Counted from the stretch's first letter, positions 31,268 to 41,746 are shown. The stretch is 64,000 bases of DNA from Dehalococcoidia bacterium (GCA_050011565.1 JBEKIW010000002.1:288001-352000); one strand, 5' to 3'. The notes: generated by a model not told the origin, from the letters alone. Program-made: numbers and translations.

Positions 31268-33496
31268 ATGACTAAACTGAGAGCCTGGAGATATTTCTCG
31301 ATGGTGATGGCGATGGCCTTGATTCTGGGAGCGATTGCTATAGCAATGCCGACAGTGCCCGTTCTGGCAGATGGAGGAACCTGGAGTATTCAGACGGTGG
31401 ATGATATCGATGTAAATTCCACCTCGATAGCTCTGGACAGCCACGGTTATCCCCACATCAGCTACACGACTGGTTTTGCTGATTCACTCCACTATGCCAG
31501 TTGGACGGGCTCAGCCTGGGTCAAGGAGATGGTGGATGATGTCCCAGCTATTGTTACCTCGCTGGCGCTGGATAGCAACGACCTTCCCCATATCGGGTAT
31601 ACCGTCGTCGGCGGCGCTTCCCTCCACTATGCCCGTTGGACAGGCACAGCCTGGATAAAGGAGACCGTGGACCCGGCTGATGTATGGGACTGCTCGCTAG
31701 CGCTGGACAGCCACGACCGTCCCCACATCAGTTATGCGACCATCGGCTCTAACTCCCTCCACTATGCCCGGTGGACGGGAACAGCCTGGGCAATAGAGAC
31801 AGTGGATGATATACATGTTATCTCCACCTCGCTAGCGCTGGACAGCAACGACCGTCCCCACATCAGTTATGCGACCGGCGGCTTGTACTCCCTCCATTAT
31901 GCGCACTGGACAGGCACAGCCTGGGTAAAGGAGATCGTCGACCCGGCAGATGTGATTTCCACCTCGATAGCGCTGGACAGCCACGGTTACCCCCACATCA
32001 GCTATGCCACCGTCGACCTTTCAGGTTCCCTTCACTATGCCAGCTGGACGGGCACAGCCTGGATAAAGGAGACCGTGGACCCGGCTGTTGTATGGGACTG
32101 CTCACTAGCGCTGGACAGCAATGACCGTCCCCACATCAGCTACTTTGTGGGCATCGGCGAAATTTTCCGCTTAATACCTGACGGAAGCGACAATATAATA
32201 GGTGGTATGCTGAAGTATGCCAATTGGACGGGCTCAGCCTGGGACATACAGACAGTGGACCAGGAGACAACCACCTGGGAAGGGCCAGATGGTGCTCCCT
32301 CACTCGTAGGCATAGGTGGCGGCAAATGGAGTTCGATAGCGCTGGACAGCAGCGATTACCCCCACATCAGCTACGGCAGTCTTGTCCCTTCTGTCAATCC
32401 CACATCCCTCCACTATGCCCGCCTCATTCCGCCCGACACAGCCACAGTAAACACGGCCACGGGCACGGGCACGGCTACCTTTTCCACCAGCGCTGGCGGT
32501 ATTGCCAAGCTGACTGCCACAGCCCCGGCCGAAATCACCTGTGTCGCGTTGGGTGTCGAGTTTCCGCATGGTTTTTTCTCCTTCAACATCCTTGGCCTCG
32601 ACCCGGGTGAAACAGTAACTGTGACCATTACCTTACCTTCACCAATGCCTGCAGGCACACAATACTGGAAATGCCAGAATGGAACGTTTATAGACTGCAC
32701 CTCCCTTCTGGGTGATAATGACGGCGATAATGTATTGACGCTTACGCTTACAGATGGAGGTTTGGGAGACGCTGACGGTATTGCTAACGGTACAATCATT
32801 GACCCCGGCGGGCCGGCAATACCAGCAACCGCGGTTCACCCGAACTCCGGCGTGCAGGGACAAACGCTCAATACTACCATAACAGGCATCAACTTCACCG
32901 GGGCTACAGTAGTAAGCTTCGGCGCCGGCATAACTGTTAATAGCTTCAAGGTTGACTCCGCCACACAGATAACGGCAAGTATCACAATCGCCCGTAATGC
33001 TGCCATAGGAGCCAGGAATGTCTCGGTGACCACTCCTTTCGGCACCGGAACACTAACTGGTGGTTTCACAGTGAATTCATCAGCACCACAAGCGAAACCA
33101 CGAGTGTCGCCACGTAACCCAGCCAGTATGTCAGTACAATATCTGGACATCAATCCGAAACAGGTATATACCAACCAGCCAGTGACCATCTCGACCAATG
33201 TGGTTAACACCGGTGACGAGGCCGGCAGTCTTTATGTCGTCCTCAAGATAAACGGAAATGTGGAGCAAACCAGGATGGTCAGCGTTGGTGCCCATGGCGC
33301 GCAGCCGGTGAAGTTCACCGTAGTCAAGGCTCAGCCGGGGACCTACACGGTGGACATCGGCGGGCAGCAAGGTAGCTTCACTGTACTTGGCGCCGGCGCC
33401 GCCACTGGCTCGAAAACTGATGGCATGATAGCTTTAGCGATTATAGGTATTTTAATCATCGGTACTCTGGTGGTGTTGCTCCTCCGCCTCGTCTAA
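31268..33496 (+). CDS. Secreted, C-terminally anchored surface protein (beta-propeller-like repeats, choice-of-anchor-U-like, IPT/TIG-like and CARDB-like domains)
   Basis: Signal peptide; about six ~44-aa repeats (S.ALDS...PHISY...LHYA.WTG.AW..E.VD); TLTLTDGGLGDADG..NG.I.DPGGP; TITGINFTG; C-terminal TM helix. Confidence 0.8.
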   Translation: MTKLRAWRYFSMVMAMALILGAIAIAMPTVPVLADGGTWSIQTVDDIDVNSTSIALDSHGYPHISYTTGFADSLHYASWTGSAWVKEMVDDVPAIVTSLALDSNDLPHIGYTVVGGASLHYARWTGTAWIKETVDPADVWDCSLALDSHDRPHISYATIGSNSLHYARWTGTAWAIETVDDIHVISTSLALDSNDRPHISYATGGLYSLHYAHWTGTAWVKEIVDPADVISTSIALDSHGYPHISYATVDLSGSLHYASWTGTAWIKETVDPAVVWDCSLALDSNDRPHISYFVGIGEIFRLIPDGSDNIIGGMLKYANWTGSAWDIQTVDQETTTWEGPDGAPSLVGIGGGKWSSIALDSSDYPHISYGSLVPSVNPTSLHYARLIPPDTATVNTATGTGTATFSTSAGGIAKLTATAPAEITCVALGVEFPHGFFSFNILGLDPGETVTVTITLPSPMPAGTQYWKCQNGTFIDCTSLLGDNDGDNVLTLTLTDGGLGDADGIANGTIIDPGGPAIPATAVHPNSGVQGQTLNTTITGINFTGATVVSFGAGITVNSFKVDSATQITASITIARNAAIGARNVSVTTPFGTGTLTGGFTVNSSAPQAKPRVSPRNPASMSVQYLDINPKQVYTNQPVTISTNVVNTGDEAGSLYVVLKINGNVEQTRMVSVGAHGAQPVKFTVVKAQPGTYTVDIGGQQGSFTVLGAGAATGSKTDGMIALAIIGILIIGTLVVLLLRLV

Positions 33497-33517
33497 TAAG
33501 CAAGCCTTAGAAATATA

Positions 33518-33552
33518 AACAGGGGGGCGATTTTAGGAATCGCCCCCCTGTT
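33518..33552. terminator. Intrinsic terminator between convergent genes
   Basis: AACAGGGGGGCGATT-ttagg-AATCGCCCCCCTGTT. Confidence 0.85.
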
Positions 33553-33693
33553 ATTTCATTCCGTTAGAATTCCACTACTACTGTCATTGACAAATTATTC
33601 TCTCTCCCCTGATGGATGACGGGTGGGCAGGCATCCAGCGAGGATTTACTCCCGCTGAGATACGGGGAAGGGAGATAGTTAGAGTGAGGTAGA

Positions 33694-34725
33694 TTAAAGG
33701 GAATACTTATTTCTAACCCTGGCTGAAAGCTCGGCGAGCAGTTCCAGAGCGCGTACGGAAGCTTCAACGGACAGAGATGCCAGCGTGCAGGACGGAGTCA
33801 GCAAGCTTTGAGCTGCGAGCTGCCTGAAAGACAGGCCGTCACGGGTGAACGGCGCCATGGCTTCGCCCAGCCGGTCATTAAGGCTGCCCAGAGATTCTCG
33901 AGCTACAGCCTCCTCTTCGTTGGGTATGATGCCCCAAGCGATGCTGCCGCCTTTCTCCAGGAAAGCTTTCACCTCAGCCGGATAGCAGCCAAGCGAGTCG
34001 GCGTAGTTATAAGCATCGAAGCTCAGTATGTCGGTCGAGCTTTTTAAAAGTAGTGACCAGTCGGTGCTGCCGCAGCAGTGCACTCCCTTAAGCCCTGTAA
34101 TGCCGCTCAAGACTACTTCGAGTAAAGTTGTCACCTGCTCATTGGGAACGGCGACGAAGGCCGTGCCCAGTGAGGTCAGGTAGGGCTCGTCGACGAAGAT
34201 GATAGTGTCCGGCGCAATTTGCTTTAAGAACCTCTCCTGCCACATAGCTTTAAGCCGCAGGAACTTGGCCAGCGCCTCGGCCAGAAGGTCGTCATAAAGT
34301 ATGCCTCGCTGCTCCCTGTCGGTGACCATAAGCCCCCAGGTGATGGGCCCCGTTATCTGCCCCTTGACCATCCGGGGATGGCGTTCCTTTAGCGCCAGAA
34401 AGGCATGCAGTCCGGCGGCATAGTCGGCGCTGATGCCGTATTTATCCGGGTCATTCTCCGCATCCGCGTTGTAAAGCTGCTCCAGCCGGCTGTCGAAATC
34501 CGCCGGACGTTCCACATAGGCTTTAGCTCCCTCGAGCACAATGCCCGGGAAGCCTTCGCTGAACTGGGCATACATATTTTCCTGGCTGGAGCGTTTCGGT
34601 AGTTGCGGCCAGGCGGGCAGGTCAGGCAGGTATTTAGCCACCAGTGAGCAAGCCTCCTTGGGGTCGGTCTGAGGCATGCTGCCTATAATTGTGGGCAGAC
34701 AGTTGAATTCGATTTTGGGTGCCAT
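33694..34725 (-). CDS. Single-domain 'core' methionine synthase (MetE catalytic-domain-like)
   Basis: T.IGSMP, WPQLP, KGQITGPIT, DEP, GVHCCG, WGIIP, LTPSC; start at MAPKIEF (34725); lies beside SAM-cycle genes. Confidence 0.85.
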   Translation of the reverse strand: MAPKIEFNCLPTIIGSMPQTDPKEACSLVAKYLPDLPAWPQLPKRSSQENMYAQFSEGFPGIVLEGAKAYVERPADFDSRLEQLYNADAENDPDKYGISADYAAGLHAFLALKERHPRMVKGQITGPITWGLMVTDREQRGILYDDLLAEALAKFLRLKAMWQERFLKQIAPDTIIFVDEPYLTSLGTAFVAVPNEQVTTLLEVVLSGITGLKGVHCCGSTDWSLLLKSSTDILSFDAYNYADSLGCYPAEVKAFLEKGGSIAWGIIPNEEEAVARESLGSLNDRLGEAMAPFTRDGLSFRQLAAQSLLTPSCTLASLSVEASVRALELLAELSARVRNKYSL

Positions 34726-34733
34726 TAATTTCC

Positions 34734-35597
34734 CTACTTTATATACTTGCCGATTATTGGTGCCAGGTCCTTCTTGACCTGCTCCGGTATGAGCTCCCGG
34801 GAGGTGATTATGGCATTTTGGAGTGCGGAAGCACAAATACAATTCCTTTTTTGAGGTAAGCAAGTTACTGCCTGCCTCAGAAGCCTTTTGACGTTTTCAA
34901 CACCTCTCCTCAGATTGTCAATGACCATATCCACAGTCACCACCTCGTAGGTCTCTTTCCAGCAGTCGTAGTCGGTGACCACGGCCATGGTGGCATAGCA
35001 GATTTCCGCCTCACGTGCCAGCTTAGCCTCCGGCAGACCGGTCATGTAGATGACATCGGCTCCCCAGGAGCGGTACAGCTCGGATTCAGCCCTGGTGGAG
35101 AACTGAGGACCTTCCATGACGACGCAGGTACCGCCGTCATGCGCCCTTATTTCGAGCTTACGCGCTGAGTTGTGGAGTATATCGCCGAGAACGGGGCAGA
35201 AGGGGTCGGCAAAGGGTATGTGCCCGACGATGCCCTTGCCGAAGAAGGTATCCTGCCGGAGGAAGGTGCGGTCGATAATCTGGTCTGGTATAACTATGTC
35301 CAGTGGTCTGATTTTCTCCTGGAGGCTGCCGACGGTGGCTACGGAGAATATCCATTCCACGCCGAGAGTCTTCAAGGCGTAGATGTTGGCTCTTGACGGC
35401 AGTTCGGTGGGGCTGATGCGATGTCCTTTACCGTGACGGGGCAAAAAGGCGACGTTCACACCTTCCAGCTTGCCCAGCGTAATAACATCGCTCGGGTCGC
35501 CGAAGGGCGTCTTAATTTTTATATCTTTTGTTTCGGTCAAGCCCTCTATCTGGTACAGGCCGCTGCCGCCGATAATACCGACTTTCGCTTCAGCCAT
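34734..35597 (-). CDS. mtnP: S-methyl-5'-thioadenosine phosphorylase
   Basis: GIIGGSGLY, TPFGDPS, LPRHG, EGPQFSTRAES, VTDYDCW. Confidence 0.95.
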   Translation of the reverse strand: MAEAKVGIIGGSGLYQIEGLTETKDIKIKTPFGDPSDVITLGKLEGVNVAFLPRHGKGHRISPTELPSRANIYALKTLGVEWIFSVATVGSLQEKIRPLDIVIPDQIIDRTFLRQDTFFGKGIVGHIPFADPFCPVLGDILHNSARKLEIRAHDGGTCVVMEGPQFSTRAESELYRSWGADVIYMTGLPEAKLAREAEICYATMAVVTDYDCWKETYEVVTVDMVIDNLRRGVENVKRLLRQAVTCLPQKRNCICASALQNAIITSRELIPEQVKKDLAPIIGKYIK

Positions 35598-35636
35598 TAT
35601 TCAATCTCCACACTAAAATTTTCGTCATTTTGGTTT

Positions 35637-36314
35637 TTAACTCTCCTCCATTGTCTTCTTGATCTCCTCCGTATGACCGTAATATATCAGGTGGTCTCCG
35701 GCCTGCACAATCTCCTTGGCTTCAGGGTAAAACATAACCTTATCGCCTCTCTCGATAGCCAGAACCCTGACATCGGCCTTTGCCAGGCTGGTATCGCTGA
35801 TTTTAGAGCCGACCTCCGGTGCCGCCTTGCCAACGGTCAATCGCGCCAGGCTGTGGTCGCCCGCCTGGTAAATTATCTCAGTATTCGATAGCTCCGGCTT
35901 GAAATACGGTGTCCGTTTCAACCAGTTGACTATTACCGTGGCCAGCTTATCCAGTACGCCTAACCAGAACAGCACCAGCAAAACAACCGCCGGTATCGCT
36001 GAAAGGATGTATACAAAAGGTGAGGTCGGTTTCGATGGTTGTGTGCCGATTACGATCAGTATGAACAGCAAAAGCAAGAATAGTATGATGCCGACGCTGC
36101 CCAGAAACATCATCCAGCTGACTATCATCCGGCGTCTGGGGTGGCCGACGATGTTCTCTGCTTCCCGTGTGGTGAAGCCCGTACCGGTAAGCGCTGAAAT
36201 CGCCTGAAAGCGGGCTCTCGACCGCTCCATGCCGGTGGCTTCCAGTGCAATCGAGCCGAACCACAATATAAACAGCCATACCGTTATCACCACTAGCATC
36301 AATTCCGGTTGCAT
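35637..36314 (-). CDS. Membrane protein with C-terminal TrkA-C (RCK-C) domain
   Basis: ARFQAISALTGTGFTTREAE, HPRRR, TM helices, VLAIERG...GDHLIYYG. Confidence 0.85.
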   Translation of the reverse strand: MQPELMLVVITVWLFILWFGSIALEATGMERSRARFQAISALTGTGFTTREAENIVGHPRRRMIVSWMMFLGSVGIILFLLLLFILIVIGTQPSKPTSPFVYILSAIPAVVLLVLFWLGVLDKLATVIVNWLKRTPYFKPELSNTEIIYQAGDHSLARLTVGKAAPEVGSKISDTSLAKADVRVLAIERGDKVMFYPEAKEIVQAGDHLIYYGHTEEIKKTMEES

Positions 36315-36441
36315 GTCATCCCTCCGTATTTAGATGTTCGTATCCTGCCACACCACGATGGAAACGCCAAGATTATACTTGGAAATCGAGGTGGTGACAA
36401 TGATTGCCTGCCGGGATTGATTTTCTACGATATGGGCGCCT

Positions 36442-36507
36442 GGATTCCTAATCCATTGTCCAGCTAATACCTAAAGTATTCTATTTAGCTTTGGATGGGT
36501 GTATAAT
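36442..36507 (+). promoter_or_regulatory. 66-bp promoter/operator module, copy A
   Basis: Contains inverted repeat AATAC-N5-GTATT and ends in TATAAT; 55/66 identical to copy B. Confidence 0.7.
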
Positions 36508-36526
36508 CGAAGCTACAGGTGGGGAA

Positions 36527-37489
36527 GTGTCTTTAACAGGCTTTGTGGAGTGGGTGAAGCCAACTCTAAACCAGTTATTCGATATGCCTACCTTTGGGAT
36601 GAAAGGTGAGATGAAGGCTGCACCCCTATCTATGCATTATGGGTTTATAGGAACATCTTTCGATTACGTTCTCAGATTACAGGTAGCTAAAATAAATAAG
36701 AATTTGGTTACTGATTTCCCCATAGTTGGTCGAATAGCTGCAAAGGGTAACAAGTTTCGTGAACAAATAATCACTGATTTTGAGTTAGCTAAAACAAGAT
36801 ATCTTAATGATGAATTAGAACTAAGCGACCTTTTGCCTAACTGTATTTACTTGGCTATTTTGGACACGTTAGCCAGAACTGGAACAGACTCCCAACCATC
36901 GACAGACGAAGATATTAAGTCATTAATGCCAAAGAAGTTACGTAATGACAGGGATGCCTTTAAGAAATATAAGGAATTGCATGAGGAATTTCTTCCACCC
37001 CCTCTTACTTGGACACCTGACCCTAAAGATATAGCTGATTTAGCAAGCCTAACTGATATAGTTGACACTAAAATGTGGCAAGCCAAAACACGGTGTATTC
37101 TAAACCCCACATTTGGCCAAAGTAGTTCTTATATCGGTGGGGCTGATGCCGATTTGATAATTGATAACAAACTGATAGATATTAAGACAACAAAATACTT
37201 GAAATTTACTCGTCCTTATTTTAGGCAGCTAATAGGATACCACCTTCTAAACTGTAGAGAACAGGAAATGTATAAGGGATTAGAACATCTAGGCATATAC
37301 TATGCTCGACATGGCCTACTATTTACATTCCCAATACCTAATATGCAGAGGAACATTAAATTTGGGGATGAAGTTATAGACGAGGAAGTGATTGAATCCT
37401 GGATACAGATATATCACGAAGAGATTAACAAAGTCCCTCCTTGGCGTATAATCCCACAAGTACTTGATTTTCTGAAACCGAATAAATAA
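36527..37489 (+). CDS. Putative PD-(D/E)XK nuclease-family protein
   Basis: GADADLIIDNKLIDIKTTK...RQLIGY (D...DxK plus QxxxY); GTG start preferred; AT-rich. Confidence 0.65.
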   Translation: MSLTGFVEWVKPTLNQLFDMPTFGMKGEMKAAPLSMHYGFIGTSFDYVLRLQVAKINKNLVTDFPIVGRIAAKGNKFREQIITDFELAKTRYLNDELELSDLLPNCIYLAILDTLARTGTDSQPSTDEDIKSLMPKKLRNDRDAFKKYKELHEEFLPPPLTWTPDPKDIADLASLTDIVDTKMWQAKTRCILNPTFGQSSSYIGGADADLIIDNKLIDIKTTKYLKFTRPYFRQLIGYHLLNCREQEMYKGLEHLGIYYARHGLLFTFPIPNMQRNIKFGDEVIDEEVIESWIQIYHEEINKVPPWRIIPQVLDFLKPNK

Positions 37490-37508
37490 TTCCTAGGGGA
37501 AATTTATT

Positions 37509-38711
37509 ATGGGAATCTTTAGTAGCAAACCAAAGGTTGATATGGAATCTTTTTGCAGAGACTACTACGACTCTCAAATGTTCCATGCTGTTGTCGATGG
37601 CGAGGATGGTAGTCAGAAGATACTTGATGCTGCATTTAAACTACTAACAGATTCTGCCCCATCCTTCTTAAAGGTTGCCCCTGCACTTTTTGAATTAGAA
37701 ATGATTGCTATGCATCTTGAGCTTTTTGCCCTAGCCTTCTTTAAACGCCTCTCAAACTTTGAGCAAGCAGTCCAGCATAGCATATTTACACTACGCTATC
37801 TACAAAATAAGGGTAGGAGCGATATATGGGAAGCCATGGGTAAATACAATACAGCTATTGCCCAAACTGCTACTATGGATGCCAGCGGTCAAAAAATGAG
37901 CGGAGACACTGCTATTGGGCGAATGAGAATTACTAAGGTTAATTTTTCTAGATTCGAGACGTTCAAGAAATGGGTGGAACCCCGCTTTAGCGACCCTGAC
38001 AACCTTACCGCAAATGAAAAGGAAATAGTTGGTTGTGTTACCCGTGTCTGCAATCGTATTGAAGTTGACATCATGCGCGATACGCAGATAGGTAACCGCA
38101 TGATTGCTGGATTGTTTCTTGAGCGACTTGGCATGGAAAATATTTGTGGAAAGGACTGGCAACCAAGTAAGGACTTAGGTCTGAGGATTGCATCTCAACC
38201 ATTGTCCATGTACGAATTTTCGACCCAAGCGTTAAAGACTGTGGATTTACAACCCTCACTTGTACTATTGAAAGACAAAGAGTGGAGTCAGATTGATGGA
38301 GAGGCTTGTCGGGTTACCGATTTTACACCGTTGGGTTCAGTTGTGGACAAAGATGGTAAAGTCAAGGCGATGGATATGACCACACCATACGCTTCCATCA
38401 CTATAGAGTGCAGGAAGCTCGGGAAGAATATAACAGGATATATAACTCACAAGATAGACTTTGGCCATTTATGGGCAGCGTTCAAAGAACGGACAGTTAG
38501 AGAAGACGAAGAGGTGATAATCTTTTGGACTACAAAGAACTATAAACGTTTCGTTGCTTCTTTTGGGATGCCAAAGTTGTTGGTATGGGTCTGTCCTAAA
38601 GGGGCATTTGAGTTGATGACCAACAATGACTACAAGCCGGAATTGACAGGCGAAGCAAGGTGGAATGCAATGAGCCCAATTATTGAGTGGAAACCAGAGG
38701 TAATGGAGTGA
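37509..38711 (+). CDS. Hypothetical protein (AT-rich island)
   Basis: 400-aa ORF with upstream GGGGA; no motif recognised. Confidence 0.7.
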   Translation: MGIFSSKPKVDMESFCRDYYDSQMFHAVVDGEDGSQKILDAAFKLLTDSAPSFLKVAPALFELEMIAMHLELFALAFFKRLSNFEQAVQHSIFTLRYLQNKGRSDIWEAMGKYNTAIAQTATMDASGQKMSGDTAIGRMRITKVNFSRFETFKKWVEPRFSDPDNLTANEKEIVGCVTRVCNRIEVDIMRDTQIGNRMIAGLFLERLGMENICGKDWQPSKDLGLRIASQPLSMYEFSTQALKTVDLQPSLVLLKDKEWSQIDGEACRVTDFTPLGSVVDKDGKVKAMDMTTPYASITIECRKLGKNITGYITHKIDFGHLWAAFKERTVREDEEVIIFWTTKNYKRFVASFGMPKLLVWVCPKGAFELMTNNDYKPELTGEARWNAMSPIIEWKPEVME

Positions 38712-38742
38712 TATGCCTTAGCGTGTAGGAGATAGTGAGGAT

Positions 38743-39285
38743 ATGTCACTGTTCAAAAAGGAGATTACTGAAGAAGAAGCATCCCGTCAATTTGTTTTAG
38801 CTAAACTACAGGAAGGCAATGAGTGGTGGCAACAGACTTATGCAGGCTTGAAGGATACATTTGGTGAGAAGTTCATAATACAAGACGAAAACATGGGTAT
38901 CTTTGACTTACTTTTGGCTAAAATAGCATTGCATATTAACTCCCTGAGGAATCTGTTCCCTTCAGCGCAATCCAAAAGAATACGTGGGCATATCCTAAAG
39001 TATGTGACCTCACTAGAACATGCAGATTACACAATAAACGAGATGCAGGAATACGAAAGAGTCTACAATGAAAGTGTCAGGTTGACAGAAAATCCAATCG
39101 ATGCTATAGCTGCAAGACTTTTGCGTAAATGGCTTGGGGAACGTATTGTAGACTTCGAATTCGAATTTTTTGACAAAAAGACCGGAGCTATCTCACCAAT
39201 GCTGCTTTTTTTTGTTGATAATATTGTCACAGAGGGTAGTGGATGGAAAATCATCAAGGACAACTTCAATATTATAGAAGGTTGA
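38743..39285 (+). CDS. Hypothetical protein (AT-rich island)
   Basis: 180-aa ORF with GAGG upstream; no motif recognised. Confidence 0.7.
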   Translation: MSLFKKEITEEEASRQFVLAKLQEGNEWWQQTYAGLKDTFGEKFIIQDENMGIFDLLLAKIALHINSLRNLFPSAQSKRIRGHILKYVTSLEHADYTINEMQEYERVYNESVRLTENPIDAIAARLLRKWLGERIVDFEFEFFDKKTGAISPMLLFFVDNIVTEGSGWKIIKDNFNIIEG

Positions 39286-39478
39286 AATAACGACCAAGAT
39301 ATCTCAACTACTGACTCGCTTATAGTGTTCTAAACAATCATCAAACGTGACACTTTTTGTGTATTATCCCAATGGTGCTTTATAGAACTTCAAGCTATCC
39401 TGAAAAAGTAACTGACCTGGTATATGTCTGCCCCGCTTAACACCTAGTCTCAGCCGCTTAACAGTTAGCTTCACTAAC

Positions 39479-39544
39479 GGATTCCTAGTCCATTACCTTG
39501 CTAATAACTAAAGTATTTTCTTTAGGTTTGGGTGGGTGTAAAAT
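39479..39544 (+). promoter_or_regulatory. 66-bp promoter/operator module, copy B
   Basis: GGATTCCTAGTCCATT...CTAATAACTAAAGTATT...GGGTGTAAAAT upstream of the HNH gene. Confidence 0.7.
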
Positions 39545-39609
39545 ATATTAGTTTAGTCTATTTCGTTTTTCATTAGTTGGATATATTATCGAGATGATAG
39601 GAGACTAGT

Positions 39610-40116
39610 ATGAACTACGAACGCATAGTGGTACTCTTTATCGTTCTAGTAATAGCCTATTCAATTCTAGCCCCAATATTTCAGCCCTATTTGCTTTGGA
39701 TAAGCCTTGTATTTGGAATACTGTTGATAGTTTTCATTTGTTGTATATTAATGTTTCCAAGATTTCGGCAAGGTGTATTTTCTGCACTAAAATCCATTTT
39801 TACCAAATTGTTAAGCTGGCTTAGGACGGAGCGAGAGAAACAATCCCTAACTTCAACTAAACCCCAACGTACACCAATTCCTGAAGAGATAAAGAAGCAA
39901 GTATTCAGCAGAGCAGGGGGGCGATGTCAAATCCCAGGCTGTAAAGAATTGGAATCTCCTGTAATACACCACATAGACCAAGACAGAACAAATCATAGAT
40001 TTGATAATCTAATATTGCTTTGTAGCAACCACCATACCACGGCTGACCATAGAGGCTTTCGAAAAGAGCAATTGCATCTATGGAAAGAGCATAAAAACCT
40101 ATCGCAGAATTATTAA
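39610..40116 (+). CDS. Membrane-anchored HNH endonuclease
   Basis: Two N-terminal TM helices; RCQIPGC...HHID....NHRFDNLILLCSNHH. Confidence 0.85.
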   Translation: MNYERIVVLFIVLVIAYSILAPIFQPYLLWISLVFGILLIVFICCILMFPRFRQGVFSALKSIFTKLLSWLRTEREKQSLTSTKPQRTPIPEEIKKQVFSRAGGRCQIPGCKELESPVIHHIDQDRTNHRFDNLILLCSNHHTTADHRGFRKEQLHLWKEHKNLSQNY

Positions 40117-40202
40117 TATGCTACTGTGATTAGACGGCAGTGCTTGGAATCTCTGCGACTTCCCAATCCTTGACGGATTGTTAGTCCTATCCTCTAAGTA
40201 GA

Positions 40203-41231
40203 TTACCTGCTAACTAACTTCTTCAATCCAAGGCTGTACGGCTTCCTAACGATGCCCTTCTCGGTGATGATGGCGGTGATGTATTTGTGGGGGGTGACGT
40301 CGAAGGCGGGATTGGCGGCGGCCACGCCTTTGGGCGCCAGGCGAACTCCCCTAATGCTGGTTACTTCTTCAGGATTGCGTTCCTCGATGGGGATTTCAGC
40401 GCCGGACTTTAAAGAAAGGTCGATGGTGCTGGTGGGCGCTGCCACGTAAAACGGGACGCCGTTTTCTTTAGCCAGCACAGCCAAAGTGTAGGTGCCGATT
40501 TTGTTGGCGGTGTCGCCGTTGGCGGCAATACGGTCGGCGCCGACGATGACGCAGGATACCTTGCCACGGCTCAAGAAATAGCCGGCCATGGAATCGGTAA
40601 TCAATGTGACCGGTATTTTCTCTTGCATCAGCTCCCAGGCGGTGAGGCAGGCGCCCTGAAGCAAGGGGCGCGTCTCGGTGGCGATGACCTCGATTTTCTT
40701 GCCCTGCTCCCAGGCGGCTTTGATGACGCCCAAAGCTGTGCCGTAGCCGGCAGTGGCTAAAGCCCCGGCATTGCAGTGGGTCAAAACGGTGAAGCCGTTT
40801 TTAATAAGCCCGGCGCCGAGCCGGCTGAGCCGCCGGGTGGCTGCTTCTTCTTCGGCATGAATTTTCTTAGCTTCGTCGATGAGCGCCTGCTTTATCTTCG
40901 GCACATCGCCGGAGGTTTCTGCCGCCTTTTTCATCCGGTCGATGGCTCGAAATAGATTTACGGCGGTGGGACGGGCGGCGGCGAAAGACTGCAAGATTTT
41001 ATTGAACTGGCTGAGAAACTTTGCCTTATTATCTGCCTTTATATCTCCGGCACCGAGGGCGATGCCGAAGGCGGCAGCCACACCGATGGCCGGCGCGCCG
41101 CGCACCTTCATCTGTTTGATAGCGGCGACGACTTCGGTGTAGTTTCGGAGGTCAAGAAAGACCAGCTTGCCAGGCAGTTGCGTCTGGTCGATGATTTTGA
41201 GTTTGTTGCCGAGCCATTCAACAGGTTTCAT
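40203..41231 (-). CDS. mtnA: S-methyl-5-thioribose-1-phosphate isomerase
   Basis: [52 protein letters not shown]. Confidence 0.96.
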   Translation of the reverse strand: MKPVEWLGNKLKIIDQTQLPGKLVFLDLRNYTEVVAAIKQMKVRGAPAIGVAAAFGIALGAGDIKADNKAKFLSQFNKILQSFAAARPTAVNLFRAIDRMKKAAETSGDVPKIKQALIDEAKKIHAEEEAATRRLSRLGAGLIKNGFTVLTHCNAGALATAGYGTALGVIKAAWEQGKKIEVIATETRPLLQGACLTAWELMQEKIPVTLITDSMAGYFLSRGKVSCVIVGADRIAANGDTANKIGTYTLAVLAKENGVPFYVAAPTSTIDLSLKSGAEIPIEERNPEEVTSIRGVRLAPKGVAAANPAFDVTPHKYITAIITEKGIVRKPYSLGLKKLVSR

Positions 41232-41235
41232 ATTA

Positions 41236-41285
41236 AGTTAAAAGTCAAAAGCCAAAAGCCAAAAATGCAAGTCAAAAGTTAAAAT
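41236..41285 (+). repeat. Degenerate heptamer tandem repeat (AAAAGTC/AAAAGCC)
   Basis: aagttaaaagtcaaaagccaaaagccaaaaatgcaagtcaaaagttaaaa; similar tract at about 46986-47018. Confidence 0.6.
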
Positions 41286-41746
41286 TAATTGCCTACTTTT
41301 GAGGCGCTTCGCTTCCAGTCATAAACCGCTTTATTGAGGTTCTCAAGGAACAGGTCGAGGTCGCTCGGGGTTATATTCACATTCATGCCCTTTTTTCTTT
41401 TTATCTCCACGACGTGCTGGCTCACGAAGGTGGTGGCGAAGTTTATTCCCAGGCTTATTCCTTCGGGTTTACCGGCAGTCTCTAAAGTATCGAAGGGAAC
41501 GTTAAAAGAGAACTGGCCGCCGAGTACTATTCTAATTTTGCTATCGAGTATCTGGTATTTTCGGGGGAATACAGCCCAGTAGATGGCGCCCATAAGCACA
41601 CCGGTGGCAAACAGGCCGATAGCCGACTCGACCTGGGCGGTGAATAGGTAATACAAGCCAATGAGGATAAAGAACACCGGCAGCACCATAATGCCTTTGA
41701 GCCAGACATCATAGTGCGGGTTGTCTTCGTAAATTACCGAGTCCAT
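41285..41746 (-). CDS. Small membrane protein with bacterial PH-like domain
   Basis: Two TM helices, then FPRKYQI...ITPSD..LFLE.L. Confidence 0.7.
   Translation of the reverse strand: MDSVIYEDNPHYDVWLKGIMVLPVFFILIGLYYLFTAQVESAIGLFATGVLMGAIYWAVFPRKYQILDSKIRIVLGGQFSFNVPFDTLETAGKPEGISLGINFATTFVSQHVVEIKRKKGMNVNITPSDLDLFLENLNKAVYDWKRSASKVGN

Noticed and set aside
36400-40200. Integron cassette array
   Set aside because: No integrase in the window and no convincing attC (RYYYAAC...GTTRRRY) structures between the ORFs.
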